Below, piece by piece: positions 54,275 to 63,391 of a DNA stretch of 64,000 nt. Below the pieces are notes generated by a model. That model ran no database searches. It was not told the DNA's origin and was given only the letters and a program-made list of their open reading frames with translations. Made by a program: the position numbers and the translations under genes. Numbering within the stretch: the first letter of the stretch is position 1; each line of letters begins with the position of its first letter. This DNA comes from an uncultured Chloroflexia bacterium (lineage in GTDB: Bacteria > Chloroflexota > Chloroflexia > QHBQ01 > JADMIH01), in NCBI GenBank assembly GCA_963797095.1, contig CAWCNY010000003.1, positions 32,001-96,000 of the forward strand, read 5' to 3'.

Positions 54275-55621
54275 TCAATTGGTTGGCGCGTTCATCATGA
54301 AGTATGCTGGCGCAAGCCCTGTACATGGGCAATTCGGCTCACAGTCGGGGTTGAAGGATAGCAAAGCTAACAGAGAGCCATCAGGAGACCATTTGGGCCG
54401 CATCATCTCTGCACCGCTACTCATAAAAGGGCCGGGCCCGGTACCAATTGACGTCTTCTTGCGCTCTGGGACGTTGACCACATATACTTGGCTCTCCCGT
54501 GGAGGGCAAGGACTCGTGTCACCGTCGCATCCACCGTCTATGACAGAGAAGGCAAGCAGACTGCTGTTAGGGCTCCAAACAGCATCGTAACCACTGTGAC
54601 CAGGCGGCGTAACGACCACCCATTGAAGTCCATCCGCACTGATCATCACACCATACAAATCGCCGTTAACGATCGCACTGGCATATATCCAGTTTGCATC
54701 AGGGGACCAGCTAAAGACTTCCCATCCCATCCCAGGTTGGGTGAGTTGAAGGCGGTCACCGGTCAACAGGTTCAGCAAATAAATGGTTTGAGGTGTCGAT
54801 CCAACAAATGGCGTATCGGTAGTTTGTTGGCTGGTGGCATATGCCAACCATTGACCTCCTGGTTTCACAGCACCAGTTTCCATATAGGGCACATTGAGGG
54901 TGGATACGACTCCCCCGCTAGCTTCCAGGGTAACCAGTTGCTCACCACCTACATAGCCGTCGCGCAATGGACCACCTGTGACCCCGCTTGCTCTGATTGC
55001 GCTCCACCAACGAATCTGAGATAGTCCCAACGTAGCAGGCGCAGCGGTTATTTGGGGTGCTTGGCCGGGAGTGAATTGCATTGCATAGCCCGGTACAAAC
55101 AGGGTATTGCCCTTTGGCATCTGATCATCAAGGATACTGTAATTCGCAGCTGGGTCATAGGTATCGATTAATGTAGCATTAGAACCATCAATATCTGACC
55201 AGTACAAGTTCCCCGATATCGTCATGTATACGAGTTTGTCGCCCGTCGGAGCAAAAGCAAGGGAATGTACTGGTTCTGGACGATCAACCGAGATCTTTTC
55301 GCCGAGGTTTAGGTTCGCGTTGACGAGCAGAGTTGACGTTGTAGGCGTGACAATAGTTGCGGCCCCCAAAGATGCAGGAAGAGGTGTGTTGGAGGGGACG
55401 GGTCGCGATGGCGTCACTTCAGGAATAATAGTAGGCTCCTGAGTGCCTGGTGGAAGCGGTACCTGCGCCACATTGCCACCCTGAGATGACTGATCCTTGC
55501 TCCCAGCGGATTGACCAGTCCCACGCGACAAAATGCCTGCAAGCGCTATCGCCATGGCCAACCCAAGCAGCAGAGTAAAAAGCAAGCCTCTGGTGAAATC
55601 CTTGTAACTTTCGCTTCGCAT
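54275..55621 (-). CDS. Membrane-anchored TolB-like beta-propeller protein
   Basis: N-terminal TM, Pro/Thr linker, WSPD/WSPN repeats. Confidence 0.8.
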   Translation of the reverse strand: MRSESYKDFTRGLLFTLLLGLAMAIALAGILSRGTGQSAGSKDQSSQGGNVAQVPLPPGTQEPTIIPEVTPSRPVPSNTPLPASLGAATIVTPTTSTLLVNANLNLGEKISVDRPEPVHSLAFAPTGDKLVYMTISGNLYWSDIDGSNATLIDTYDPAANYSILDDQMPKGNTLFVPGYAMQFTPGQAPQITAAPATLGLSQIRWWSAIRASGVTGGPLRDGYVGGEQLVTLEASGGVVSTLNVPYMETGAVKPGGQWLAYATSQQTTDTPFVGSTPQTIYLLNLLTGDRLQLTQPGMGWEVFSWSPDANWIYASAIVNGDLYGVMISADGLQWVVVTPPGHSGYDAVWSPNSSLLAFSVIDGGCDGDTSPCPPRESQVYVVNVPERKKTSIGTGPGPFMSSGAEMMRPKWSPDGSLLALLSFNPDCEPNCPCTGLAPAYFMMNAPTN

Positions 55622-56105
55622 AGTAGCCTCCTGTTTTACCCGTGTAGAACAGTTGAGGGCGCCGCAAGGTACTCAGCAAACCGATAGCTCAGAGCGTCAT
55701 TAGCTAATACCCAATCACCAACTGTCCGCCATTAGTAAGTTACATATCAATGCTCCGAACTGCATGGTTGGTTTACTGTAGCTTAACGAGCATTAGTAAT
55801 AATACGGGTAACAGAATGGTGAAGGATTGGTGAAAATCGATACGTGAGTAATCACTATTCTTGATGCCAATCAATAACCAAGGCCAAGGTGTACTTTATA
55901 AGTGATTGGGGAATGCACTAAAAAGCCGTGGATATCACGAGAGTAGTCCATAACGGGGCCTATACAACAGCGGCATTTGCCACAACGGTTATAGGCCAGA
56001 ACCCCCATCCGCGTCAAGTTAAGCAATTCACAAACTGAATAAAGGAACCCTTTTTGGCATGATAGGAGGTAGCAAACCCAATCCTACAGCCGAAAGGAGT
56101 TCCTG

Positions 56106-56747
56106 ATGCCTGAACTTACCCCAAGTACTGCTGTCTTACAAACCCTCGCCTCCCAAGAAGGGGGAGCAGTGAAAAGTCGGGGGCATACCTCCCATGATTT
56201 GTGGTATGCTGAAGCGCCAGTAGGCTCATGTGTGGCACTCATGTGGCTACATCGGCTATCCGCCTGTATCAGGACCGGAAAACGTTCGTTTCTTAGAGCG
56301 CCGCCATCCGCCCTGTTTCAGTTCATCGAAGCCATAGTGCGAGTTGCATACAGCACGGGAGTCGAACGTGAGCAACTTAAGCAACGATCCGATGCACTGC
56401 GGCAATGTATTGGTTGGCTTGAACAACTGGAGCAAGGAAAGCAGGTAGCAGTAAATCTGCGACTGGAGACAGACCCCAAACCGAATATGTGCCATTCGAT
56501 GGGGAAACGGATACGCAGGATCTTGGGTCGGATCGCCTCAGATGTGGATGAGTTGGCCGGCACATGGGAAGGAAGGGTGGAAGCTCAATCCGGACCTTCC
56601 GGGCCTTTGGGGCCTGAAGAAACTGAAGAAGCAAGACATCGACGTAGGTTAGCGGAACCATCGGAACCGCCAGAGCAGAAACGACGACTGAGTCTACGCG
56701 AAGAACGGATGCTGCTCCGGACTGAGGCAGGTTTACCACCCGAGTAA
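56106..56747 (+). CDS. Hypothetical protein
   Basis: 213-aa ORF with AAGGAG RBS. Confidence 0.55.
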   Translation: MPELTPSTAVLQTLASQEGGAVKSRGHTSHDLWYAEAPVGSCVALMWLHRLSACIRTGKRSFLRAPPSALFQFIEAIVRVAYSTGVEREQLKQRSDALRQCIGWLEQLEQGKQVAVNLRLETDPKPNMCHSMGKRIRRILGRIASDVDELAGTWEGRVEAQSGPSGPLGPEETEEARHRRRLAEPSEPPEQKRRLSLREERMLLRTEAGLPPE

Positions 56748-56786
56748 GCTCCGCTAACCAGGCACTATGTTCACCAAACTGAACAG

Positions 56787-56996
56787 CTAAACGTACTTCT
56801 CTGCTCCGTTGCTACTCATACCCCGGCTAACACTAGGCGTTATGCTGATAGCTGGCGATGCTGTTAGTTCAGTCACTAACGCTACTTCTGTCGGCCGCTT
56901 ATGATCGGAGTTTGCTGAGAACACGATTACAGCCGCTATTATAGCCAGAAATATCAACAAAAGCCCCATAAATGGGCTGATGCCATGAGTATTCAC
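56787..56996 (-). CDS. Small membrane protein
   Basis: Single TM helix and AGGAGGT RBS. Confidence 0.5.
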   Translation of the reverse strand: MNTHGISPFMGLLLIFLAIIAAVIVFSANSDHKRPTEVALVTELTASPAISITPSVSRGMSSNGAEKYV

Positions 56997-57014
56997 ACCT
57001 GACCTCCTAAGCGA

Positions 57015-57359
57015 GTGAGAAAGGCTCTTTACTCAGATAACAGAAAGGCCAGTCAGACAAGCCCGTTCGTCATTTGCTGGCTTAACTATAACAGAGTTTA
57101 TGTTTGGACTGCACCCCTATATAAGCTGCATGAATTGAAGGGGGAATACTTCACCGAAGCGACAGTGCAAGCCAGGCAACTCCCCACAATAGCCGCAGAC
57201 TGGCTCATTTTCCTCGCCGATATTAGCTATGAGTGGGCTGTTTATGAGATAGGAGCCACCAAAGGGGCGGATACATACTATATTTTCGGCGGGCAACCCG
57301 AACCAGAAAATGTCTTCCTACCCATGGAGCAATTCGGCCTGGACAACTTCGCCAAATAG
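57015..57359 (+). CDS. Hypothetical protein or gene remnant
   Basis: 114-aa ORF with weak start evidence. Confidence 0.3.
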   Translation: MRKALYSDNRKASQTSPFVICWLNYNRVYVWTAPLYKLHELKGEYFTEATVQARQLPTIAADWLIFLADISYEWAVYEIGATKGADTYYIFGGQPEPENVFLPMEQFGLDNFAK

Positions 57360-57427
57360 CAGAGGAGCGCCAAATATCTCTGAAAGGGAAGTGCACCGTT
57401 TTGGGGGGATATGCAAAAACCCCCATC

Positions 57428-58543
57428 TTACCCCGAATAGGCGTTGAGGGGGAGCCTTTCCACACGAGCAGCCAGTTGTGACACAGCAGGTTGGCTGTAA
57501 AGGCGGGTGGTATTGAGCGAACTGTGCCCCAGCAGCGTTGCCAACCCAACCACGTCTCCGGGGTATATAGATAGGTAGCTTCGTGCAAATGTGTGGCGCA
57601 GGGAATGAACGCTCGTCTCTTGCGGGACCAGCGTGCCCGCTGCCTTCACAAGCTCGGCCATCATCTGACCTATGGCCGAGCTTGTGAGCGCTCCGCCTTT
57701 ACGGCTCAACCACAACGGCTCAAGAGCCTGCGCAGTTCCTGGCTTGGGCCACTTTGCGGCCAGTGTCTTGAGGAGCACCTTCAGTGATACCTTCTCTTTC
57801 TTCTCCCACATCTCCCCACCCTCAGTACCTTCCAGATCAAGTCGAGGCGCAACGTAGACAGCCAGCGCCTCACGAGCTGAAGCATTGAGCGGCACAGAGC
57901 GAGCTTTGTTACCCTTGCCTGCTCGGATCAAGAGCATGCCACTGCGCTCCCCGAAAGTGACGTCTCCGAAGTGCAGGCCGCTGCACTCGCTCAAGCGGAT
58001 ACCTGTCTGCAGCAGCACCTGGACAATGGCATAGTTGCGCTCCGTCTCATTGGAGGCTTGAGCCTGCCGAAGAAGAGCATTGACCTGAGAGCTGTTCAGC
58101 CCTTCTCGCTTAGGACTGCTCCCAGTAGCATCTTTACCCCTACTCACCAGTTTCACCCGAGAGGATGGGTCGGACGTCAGATAGCCCTGATCAACCAGCC
58201 AGCTGCACCAGGCGCGTAGAGCGCTGACGCGCAGGTTGATGGTGCTGACCGACTTCTGTTGTTCGTGCTGCAGATGGTTGCGGTAACCGATTAGCGCGAT
58301 AGGCGTTAGTGCCTCCAGTTGCAATGGCGCACCCTCCACTTCCCCTCCGCCTTCTTCCTGCTCGTACCAGTCGAGGAAGCGTAGCACTGCCTCCGCATAC
58401 TTCTCGACGGTGCCGGGTGAACGATCCTGCTCTTGCAAGTACCGTCGCCACTCCTCCAGTTGCCCCAATAGCCGCTCTTGAGTCCACTCCAGACGACCCT
58501 TCCTGATTGGGATTGCCTGTTTTACTGGTTTCACTGGTTCCAT
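57428..58543 (-). CDS. XerC/D-like tyrosine recombinase, divergent from tnsB
   Basis: SAM-like N-domain and the full catalytic set GIRLSE, GKGNK, HSLRH, LGH, RLY. Confidence 0.92.
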   Translation of the reverse strand: MEPVKPVKQAIPIRKGRLEWTQERLLGQLEEWRRYLQEQDRSPGTVEKYAEAVLRFLDWYEQEEGGGEVEGAPLQLEALTPIALIGYRNHLQHEQQKSVSTINLRVSALRAWCSWLVDQGYLTSDPSSRVKLVSRGKDATGSSPKREGLNSSQVNALLRQAQASNETERNYAIVQVLLQTGIRLSECSGLHFGDVTFGERSGMLLIRAGKGNKARSVPLNASAREALAVYVAPRLDLEGTEGGEMWEKKEKVSLKVLLKTLAAKWPKPGTAQALEPLWLSRKGGALTSSAIGQMMAELVKAAGTLVPQETSVHSLRHTFARSYLSIYPGDVVGLATLLGHSSLNTTRLYSQPAVSQLAARVERLPLNAYSG

Positions 58544-58787
58544 TTCCGCTATCCTTTCCCTCTCAATCTACCGCCGATGCCCCGCCGATACCATCGGAAG
58601 ATATTTCCCGCTGTTATTCTTGCTTCTTAACAGAGCTTAGCAGCCCTCGAAGTTGCGGTTGCCAGGCATGGACAACATCTCTCAAGGAGTATACAACAGA
58701 GGGTAAACAGAAAGAAATGGTAATTTCACGGTAACACATCGGCTTATCAGAAATCGGGCAAGAGCAACAAGAAAGGAGTTTGCAGCA

Positions 58788-60521
58788 ATGAAACAACAAC
58801 CAGAACCAGCACCAAAGCCAGCACCACAAGGACCATCCGACCGAGTGGCCCGAAAGGACCCGCCGAACCCGGATGTCGGAGCTCTCTCCGAGCAAATACG
58901 AGACGAGCTTTTCCGGCGTCTTGCTCTGCTCGGGGATCTGGCAGATCGGGAACGATTGAGCAATCCCAGTTTGAAGGAGCGTGCTCAAGAGGTAGGGGTG
59001 TCATATCGCACTCTACGACGCTACCACACCCGCTACCGGCGCTACGGCCTGGTAGGTCTCGCTCCTCGTGCTCGCACCGACAAGGGTAAGCGCTACACAA
59101 TCAGCCCCCAAATGGCCCAAATCGTTGAGAGCCTGAGACTGACCCACCGCGATGCACCGGTTCGCCATGTGTATGAGCTGGCCTGCCAGTATGCCGCAAC
59201 CGCTGGAGAAGCAGTGCCCAGCCCCTACCAGGTTCGCTCCATTTGCGCACAGATTCCGGAGCCGATTCGATTGCTCGCCGACGGGCGAGAAGGGGAGTTT
59301 CGCAACCGCTACCGCCTGACCTACCCCTTACGTCATGACCCTCATCGCATCGTCTGGCAGATTGACCACAAGGATCCTCTGCACGTGATGGTACGTGACC
59401 TCAGAGCACCCTCTCACCGGCGTCCTTCAGGAGAAGTGCGACCATTCCTAACGATGGTGGTTGACAGCGCTTCTCGCTTGGTGATGGCCGGACTGTTTAG
59501 CTATGACGAACCCAATCGCTTTACGGTGGCCGCTGCCATTCGCGATGCCATGCTAGGAGGGCTCACCAATGAGCACAAGCTGTTTGGAGGCGTGCCCGAC
59601 GAGATATGGATCGACAACGGCAAAGACTTGGTCGCTCACCACGTTTACCAACTGGTCGAGGGGTTGGGTATCAAGCTGATTGCAGGACCTCCCCATGCGC
59701 CGGAGATACGTGGCGTAGTCGAGCGGCTGCACCAAACGCTAGATACAAGGCTTTGGTCTACGCTCCCCGGCTATGTGGGCTCCAATGTCGTGGCGCGCAA
59801 CCCCAGGGCTAAAGCCGAGCTTACCATTTCCCAGCTCAACGAGCACTTCCGAGCGTTCATCGACCGCTACCACAACGAGGTCCACAGCGAGACTGGACAA
59901 ACACCTCTGGAGTTCTGGCAGCAACACGCCACCCCAATCCCTGTGGATGAACAACTCCTGCGCTTGCTCGACATGTTGCTCAAGGAGCCTGCCACCAGGC
60001 GAGTGCATAAGGATGGGATCAAGTATGCCGCGGAGCGTTATTGGCACCCGGAGTTGTCAGTGCTCGTTGGCGAGGATGTGTTGGTGCGGGCTGCTCCCCA
60101 TTACACGGCTCCAGACGAGATCGAGGTGTTCTTCGAGGGGAAGTGGCGCTGCACGGCTTTCGCACTCAGTTCCCCACAAGGTCAGACGCTTGAGCGCCAG
60201 GTGATCGTTGAAGCACAGCGCCGACAGCGCGCGCATGCTCGTAGCCGCATTAAGGCTGCCCGCGAGACCGCCATTGATGTCTACCAAACGCTCGAGTCAG
60301 CTTCGCCTTCTTCACCTGTCCCATCTGCCTCCTCCGCTCCCGCCTCTAAACAACAGAGCAGGCGACAACCAGCCTACACCCTCGACACACTCGACGCTCC
60401 AAGTGTTCTTCCAACAACCCGTCAGCCTGACCTGTTTGATTTCCTCATCGCCCAGCAAACCCAGCAGACCCAGCAGACTGGCCAGAACAATCCCAAAGGA
60501 GAACTCGGATGGAATCCATGA
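58788..60521 (+). CDS. tnsB: Mu/TnsB-like DDE transposase
   Basis: HTH (GVSYRTLRRY), LAPRAR.DKG, DDE motifs WQID, WIDNG, VERL, and a Mu-transposase C-terminal barrel. Confidence 0.9.
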   Translation: MKQQPEPAPKPAPQGPSDRVARKDPPNPDVGALSEQIRDELFRRLALLGDLADRERLSNPSLKERAQEVGVSYRTLRRYHTRYRRYGLVGLAPRARTDKGKRYTISPQMAQIVESLRLTHRDAPVRHVYELACQYAATAGEAVPSPYQVRSICAQIPEPIRLLADGREGEFRNRYRLTYPLRHDPHRIVWQIDHKDPLHVMVRDLRAPSHRRPSGEVRPFLTMVVDSASRLVMAGLFSYDEPNRFTVAAAIRDAMLGGLTNEHKLFGGVPDEIWIDNGKDLVAHHVYQLVEGLGIKLIAGPPHAPEIRGVVERLHQTLDTRLWSTLPGYVGSNVVARNPRAKAELTISQLNEHFRAFIDRYHNEVHSETGQTPLEFWQQHATPIPVDEQLLRLLDMLLKEPATRRVHKDGIKYAAERYWHPELSVLVGEDVLVRAAPHYTAPDEIEVFFEGKWRCTAFALSSPQGQTLERQVIVEAQRRQRAHARSRIKAARETAIDVYQTLESASPSSPVPSASSAPASKQQSRRQPAYTLDTLDAPSVLPTTRQPDLFDFLIAQQTQQTQQTGQNNPKGELGWNP

Positions 60522-61522
60522 CCTCGATGATCCCAGAATATGCCGACGACCTCGACTTCGAGAACCGCCTGCCGTTCGGCCAGGCACCCATCATGACCAA
60601 CAGCGTCCAGCGCTTCCACGCCTGCATGCAGTTTATCATGCAATCCCGTGAGCAGACCGGTTATGCCACCATGGGCCTCGTCACCGGCGATGCAGGCCTT
60701 GGCAAGACCATCGCTATTCAGACGTATCTGCAGGATCTCAAGCCAAGAGCTTACAGCGGCTTTCCTGCCTGCGTCAGCATCAAAGTCAGCCCACGCTCCA
60801 CCGCTAAGGCCCTCGCCAAAACGCTGATCACGACCCTCAACGGCGAACGCGGCGGGTACAACGTCTATGACATGGAAGGTATGGTCGCACAAGCCATCCG
60901 GCGTAATGACCTGGACCTGGTGTTGGTTGATGAGGGAGACTGGCTGAACGTAGAGAGCTTTGAGATGCTGCGTCACATCTTCGACCGCACCGGCTGCCCC
61001 ATCGTGGTTGTGGGGCTGCCTCGTATCCTGAGGGTGATCAACCGCCATGAGAAGTTCGTGAGCCGCATAGGGTTGCACATGGAGTTCCTGCCCCTCACCC
61101 AGGAAGAGGTGCTGACCACTGTGCTGCCTAGCATGACCCTGCCGCTATGGCAATACGATGTCGACAACCCTGCGGACCAGCAAATGGGTGTCCAGTTGTG
61201 GCAGCGAGTATGCCCTTCATTCCGGAAGTTGCGTGTGGTGCTGCAATATGCCAGTCAAATCGCATGTGCACGAGAGGCGGAGAGGATCACGCCTGAAATC
61301 CTGGCCGAGACACTCCGCCTCATACTGATCCCACAATTACCATCATTGCGACAAGGACCACGCGAGCCTGGAAGATCGCAAGGTTCGCAAAGCCCACAAG
61401 ACGGAGTTTGTGCGGTCGGAGCGACCGGACCTTACGAGGCGGCGTCGGAGCAACGGCCATCCAAACGACAAGCTAAACGACCACCCAGGCGAGTATCACA
61501 CAATGAGGCCCTAACCCAATGA
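60509..61522 (+). CDS. tnsC: TnsC/TniB/MuB-like AAA+ ATPase
   Basis: GDAGLGKT, LVLVDE, VVVG, SRIG. Overlaps the tnsB stop codon. Confidence 0.88.
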   Translation: MESMTSMIPEYADDLDFENRLPFGQAPIMTNSVQRFHACMQFIMQSREQTGYATMGLVTGDAGLGKTIAIQTYLQDLKPRAYSGFPACVSIKVSPRSTAKALAKTLITTLNGERGGYNVYDMEGMVAQAIRRNDLDLVLVDEGDWLNVESFEMLRHIFDRTGCPIVVVGLPRILRVINRHEKFVSRIGLHMEFLPLTQEEVLTTVLPSMTLPLWQYDVDNPADQQMGVQLWQRVCPSFRKLRVVLQYASQIACAREAERITPEILAETLRLILIPQLPSLRQGPREPGRSQGSQSPQDGVCAVGATGPYEAASEQRPSKRQAKRPPRRVSHNEALTQ

Positions 61523-63063
61523 GAACGAACCCGTTTAGCATCGCAGATGCTCCCCCCTGGCTCTCAGATCTGGAAGGTTCGGAGCAGCCTGCCAAACTAC
61601 CGAGACAACTAAGGCAACTGGGAATGGTCCCGCACATCCTGGGGCGATTACTTGAAGTGGCCGAGGCTATCCCGCGACTGTACGATGCGCTTCCCTGGCT
61701 CAGAGACATGAGTGTGGAGGCACTAATCACGGAGCGCTATTCGAGGGCACTGTTCTCAAACTCCTTGGGCTTCTCAGACCGAGATCAGTTGTCTTCAGAG
61801 CCAGAGCCAGAGCCAGAACCAGAGCTGGAGCAGGAGGCGACCCTGACCACCTTCTTCCGGGAGGTAACTGAGCCGGTAGCTGGGATGATCGAAGCCCTCT
61901 ACGTTTCGCCTTTGCTTCGTGAGAGACATACGGTCTGGGAGATCGTTGGTCGGATGGCGCGATCTGCGCGTGAGAATGCATTACCTGAAGACGTAGTGAC
62001 AGGTGTCTGTGCCAGCGTCCTTCGCGAGCGCGCTGCGGTGCTGAGAAAAGGGATACAACCACGACCAGCAAACTGGAAGGTCACCTGGCGTCCAACATCG
62101 GTGTGCATACGGTGGCCGACACGGTGGCCACGTCGGCCACTTCCGCTCGATCCTCCTGTGAACTCGTTTGTGGTTGTGGTGACGGAGGAAACGACCGGCG
62201 AAGGAGGCAGAGCCCCAAGGGGAGGTAGAGTTGGGGCAGAAGGCAATGGGAGAGAGGGAGAAGTGCGAGAAAGGGTGCTGGCCTTTCGTTGCACACCTGG
62301 TGTACCTGGTACTGGTATCTGTGGTGCCCGTGATACCTGCGGCGTCATTGACATTGAGGCCCTCGAAACTGCCATGGAGCTGGCTCTTTACGACGCGTTG
62401 GCGTTCCCCCTCTCGGCTGAGGGCCGGTTCGTATGGTCTCCCTGGCACATTTCTCCGCCAACGCATCTTTATGTGCAGGCTCCTATGCCTAAAGCAATTC
62501 GACAAGCAGCGAGTGTGTGGCGCATCAAGGCGGAAGAAATCATCCAACCAGGGTCGCAACGAGATTCAGAGCGTAAGAAGGATCGGGAGTGCGAGTGGGA
62601 ATGGGGGTGGGAATGGGAATGGGAGAGGGACCTGACTGGCAGGGTGCTCGATCCTCTTCAGTATCTACGTATCCTGGACCGAGTATGTGAACGAGCATGC
62701 GGCAATGCACCCTTCCTGGCAAAGCAACAGGTAACCCGTAACCTGGGCTGGCACATGCTTCCTGAGCACGATCCTCTTATGCACTGCCCAGGCCTCGGAG
62801 AGTTACTTCCCTCATATCCTGCGGTGGTGGGAGGGGACGGAAGCGTGGAATGGAACGAGTGGCACTACCGTGACTACGACGAGAACGTACTGCGCTACTT
62901 CCCAGGGTCACGCGTCACGATCCGTCCATCTCCACTCGCTGAGGCGGCGGTGTTGGTGTACTGGCGCGGCTCGGTTCTTTGTTACGCGGTGGCCGAGGAA
63001 CTACGTCACGAAGATGGTAGCTACCGCCCTTACTGGTTTCCGTACCCACGCCTCGGCGAGTGA
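61519..63063 (+). CDS. Catalytically degenerate TnsB paralog
   Basis: Colinear similarity to the neighbouring TnsB without the DDE acidic residues. The C-terminal Mu-type barrel is retained. Confidence 0.7.
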   Translation: MRTNPFSIADAPPWLSDLEGSEQPAKLPRQLRQLGMVPHILGRLLEVAEAIPRLYDALPWLRDMSVEALITERYSRALFSNSLGFSDRDQLSSEPEPEPEPELEQEATLTTFFREVTEPVAGMIEALYVSPLLRERHTVWEIVGRMARSARENALPEDVVTGVCASVLRERAAVLRKGIQPRPANWKVTWRPTSVCIRWPTRWPRRPLPLDPPVNSFVVVVTEETTGEGGRAPRGGRVGAEGNGREGEVRERVLAFRCTPGVPGTGICGARDTCGVIDIEALETAMELALYDALAFPLSAEGRFVWSPWHISPPTHLYVQAPMPKAIRQAASVWRIKAEEIIQPGSQRDSERKKDRECEWEWGWEWEWERDLTGRVLDPLQYLRILDRVCERACGNAPFLAKQQVTRNLGWHMLPEHDPLMHCPGLGELLPSYPAVVGGDGSVEWNEWHYRDYDENVLRYFPGSRVTIRPSPLAEAAVLVYWRGSVLCYAVAEELRHEDGSYRPYWFPYPRLGE

Positions 63064-63249
63064 TATCTATCATCTCACTCTAGCTCACTAGCTCACTTAC
63101 TCACTTTTCCAAAGTGGAAAAGCATACCAAACTACCTGGCACGATGGTAGGCTATTTCGCGCGTCTGTATTACCAGCAAACCCGTACACAGGCGGAGAAT
63201 GGTTCACATATGAACCAGGGACAACGAAAGCCGCAAATCGGGGACACTC

Positions 63250-63329
63250 AAAATTGCACTCAGGTGTAACGTTAGCCTTTGAGTTGCACTGATTTGTGGC
63301 TTTGAGTTGCACTGGTTCAGTGCTAAACA
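63250..63329 (-). repeat. Candidate transposon right end: terminal TGT plus repeated transposase-binding sites
   Basis: Reverse complement reads TGTTTAGC-ACTGAACCAGTGCAACTCAAAG-CCACAAATCAGTGCAACTCAAAG, then a third weaker GAGTGCAATTTT. Confidence 0.55.
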
Positions 63330-63391
63330 ATTGGCTGGGCCTGGCTCGCCGCTGATGAAGGTAGGACAGGACGGTCGCTGGTCATTCCTGA

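Noticed and set aside
57385-57425. Left end of the TnsB element
   Set aside because: Only weak GTGCAC/ATGCAA similarity, with no terminal TGT or target duplication.
58788-63063. CAST or telomeric transposon
   Set aside because: No Cas effector, TniQ or array is present in the window, and the recombinase has XerC-type rather than protelomerase features.
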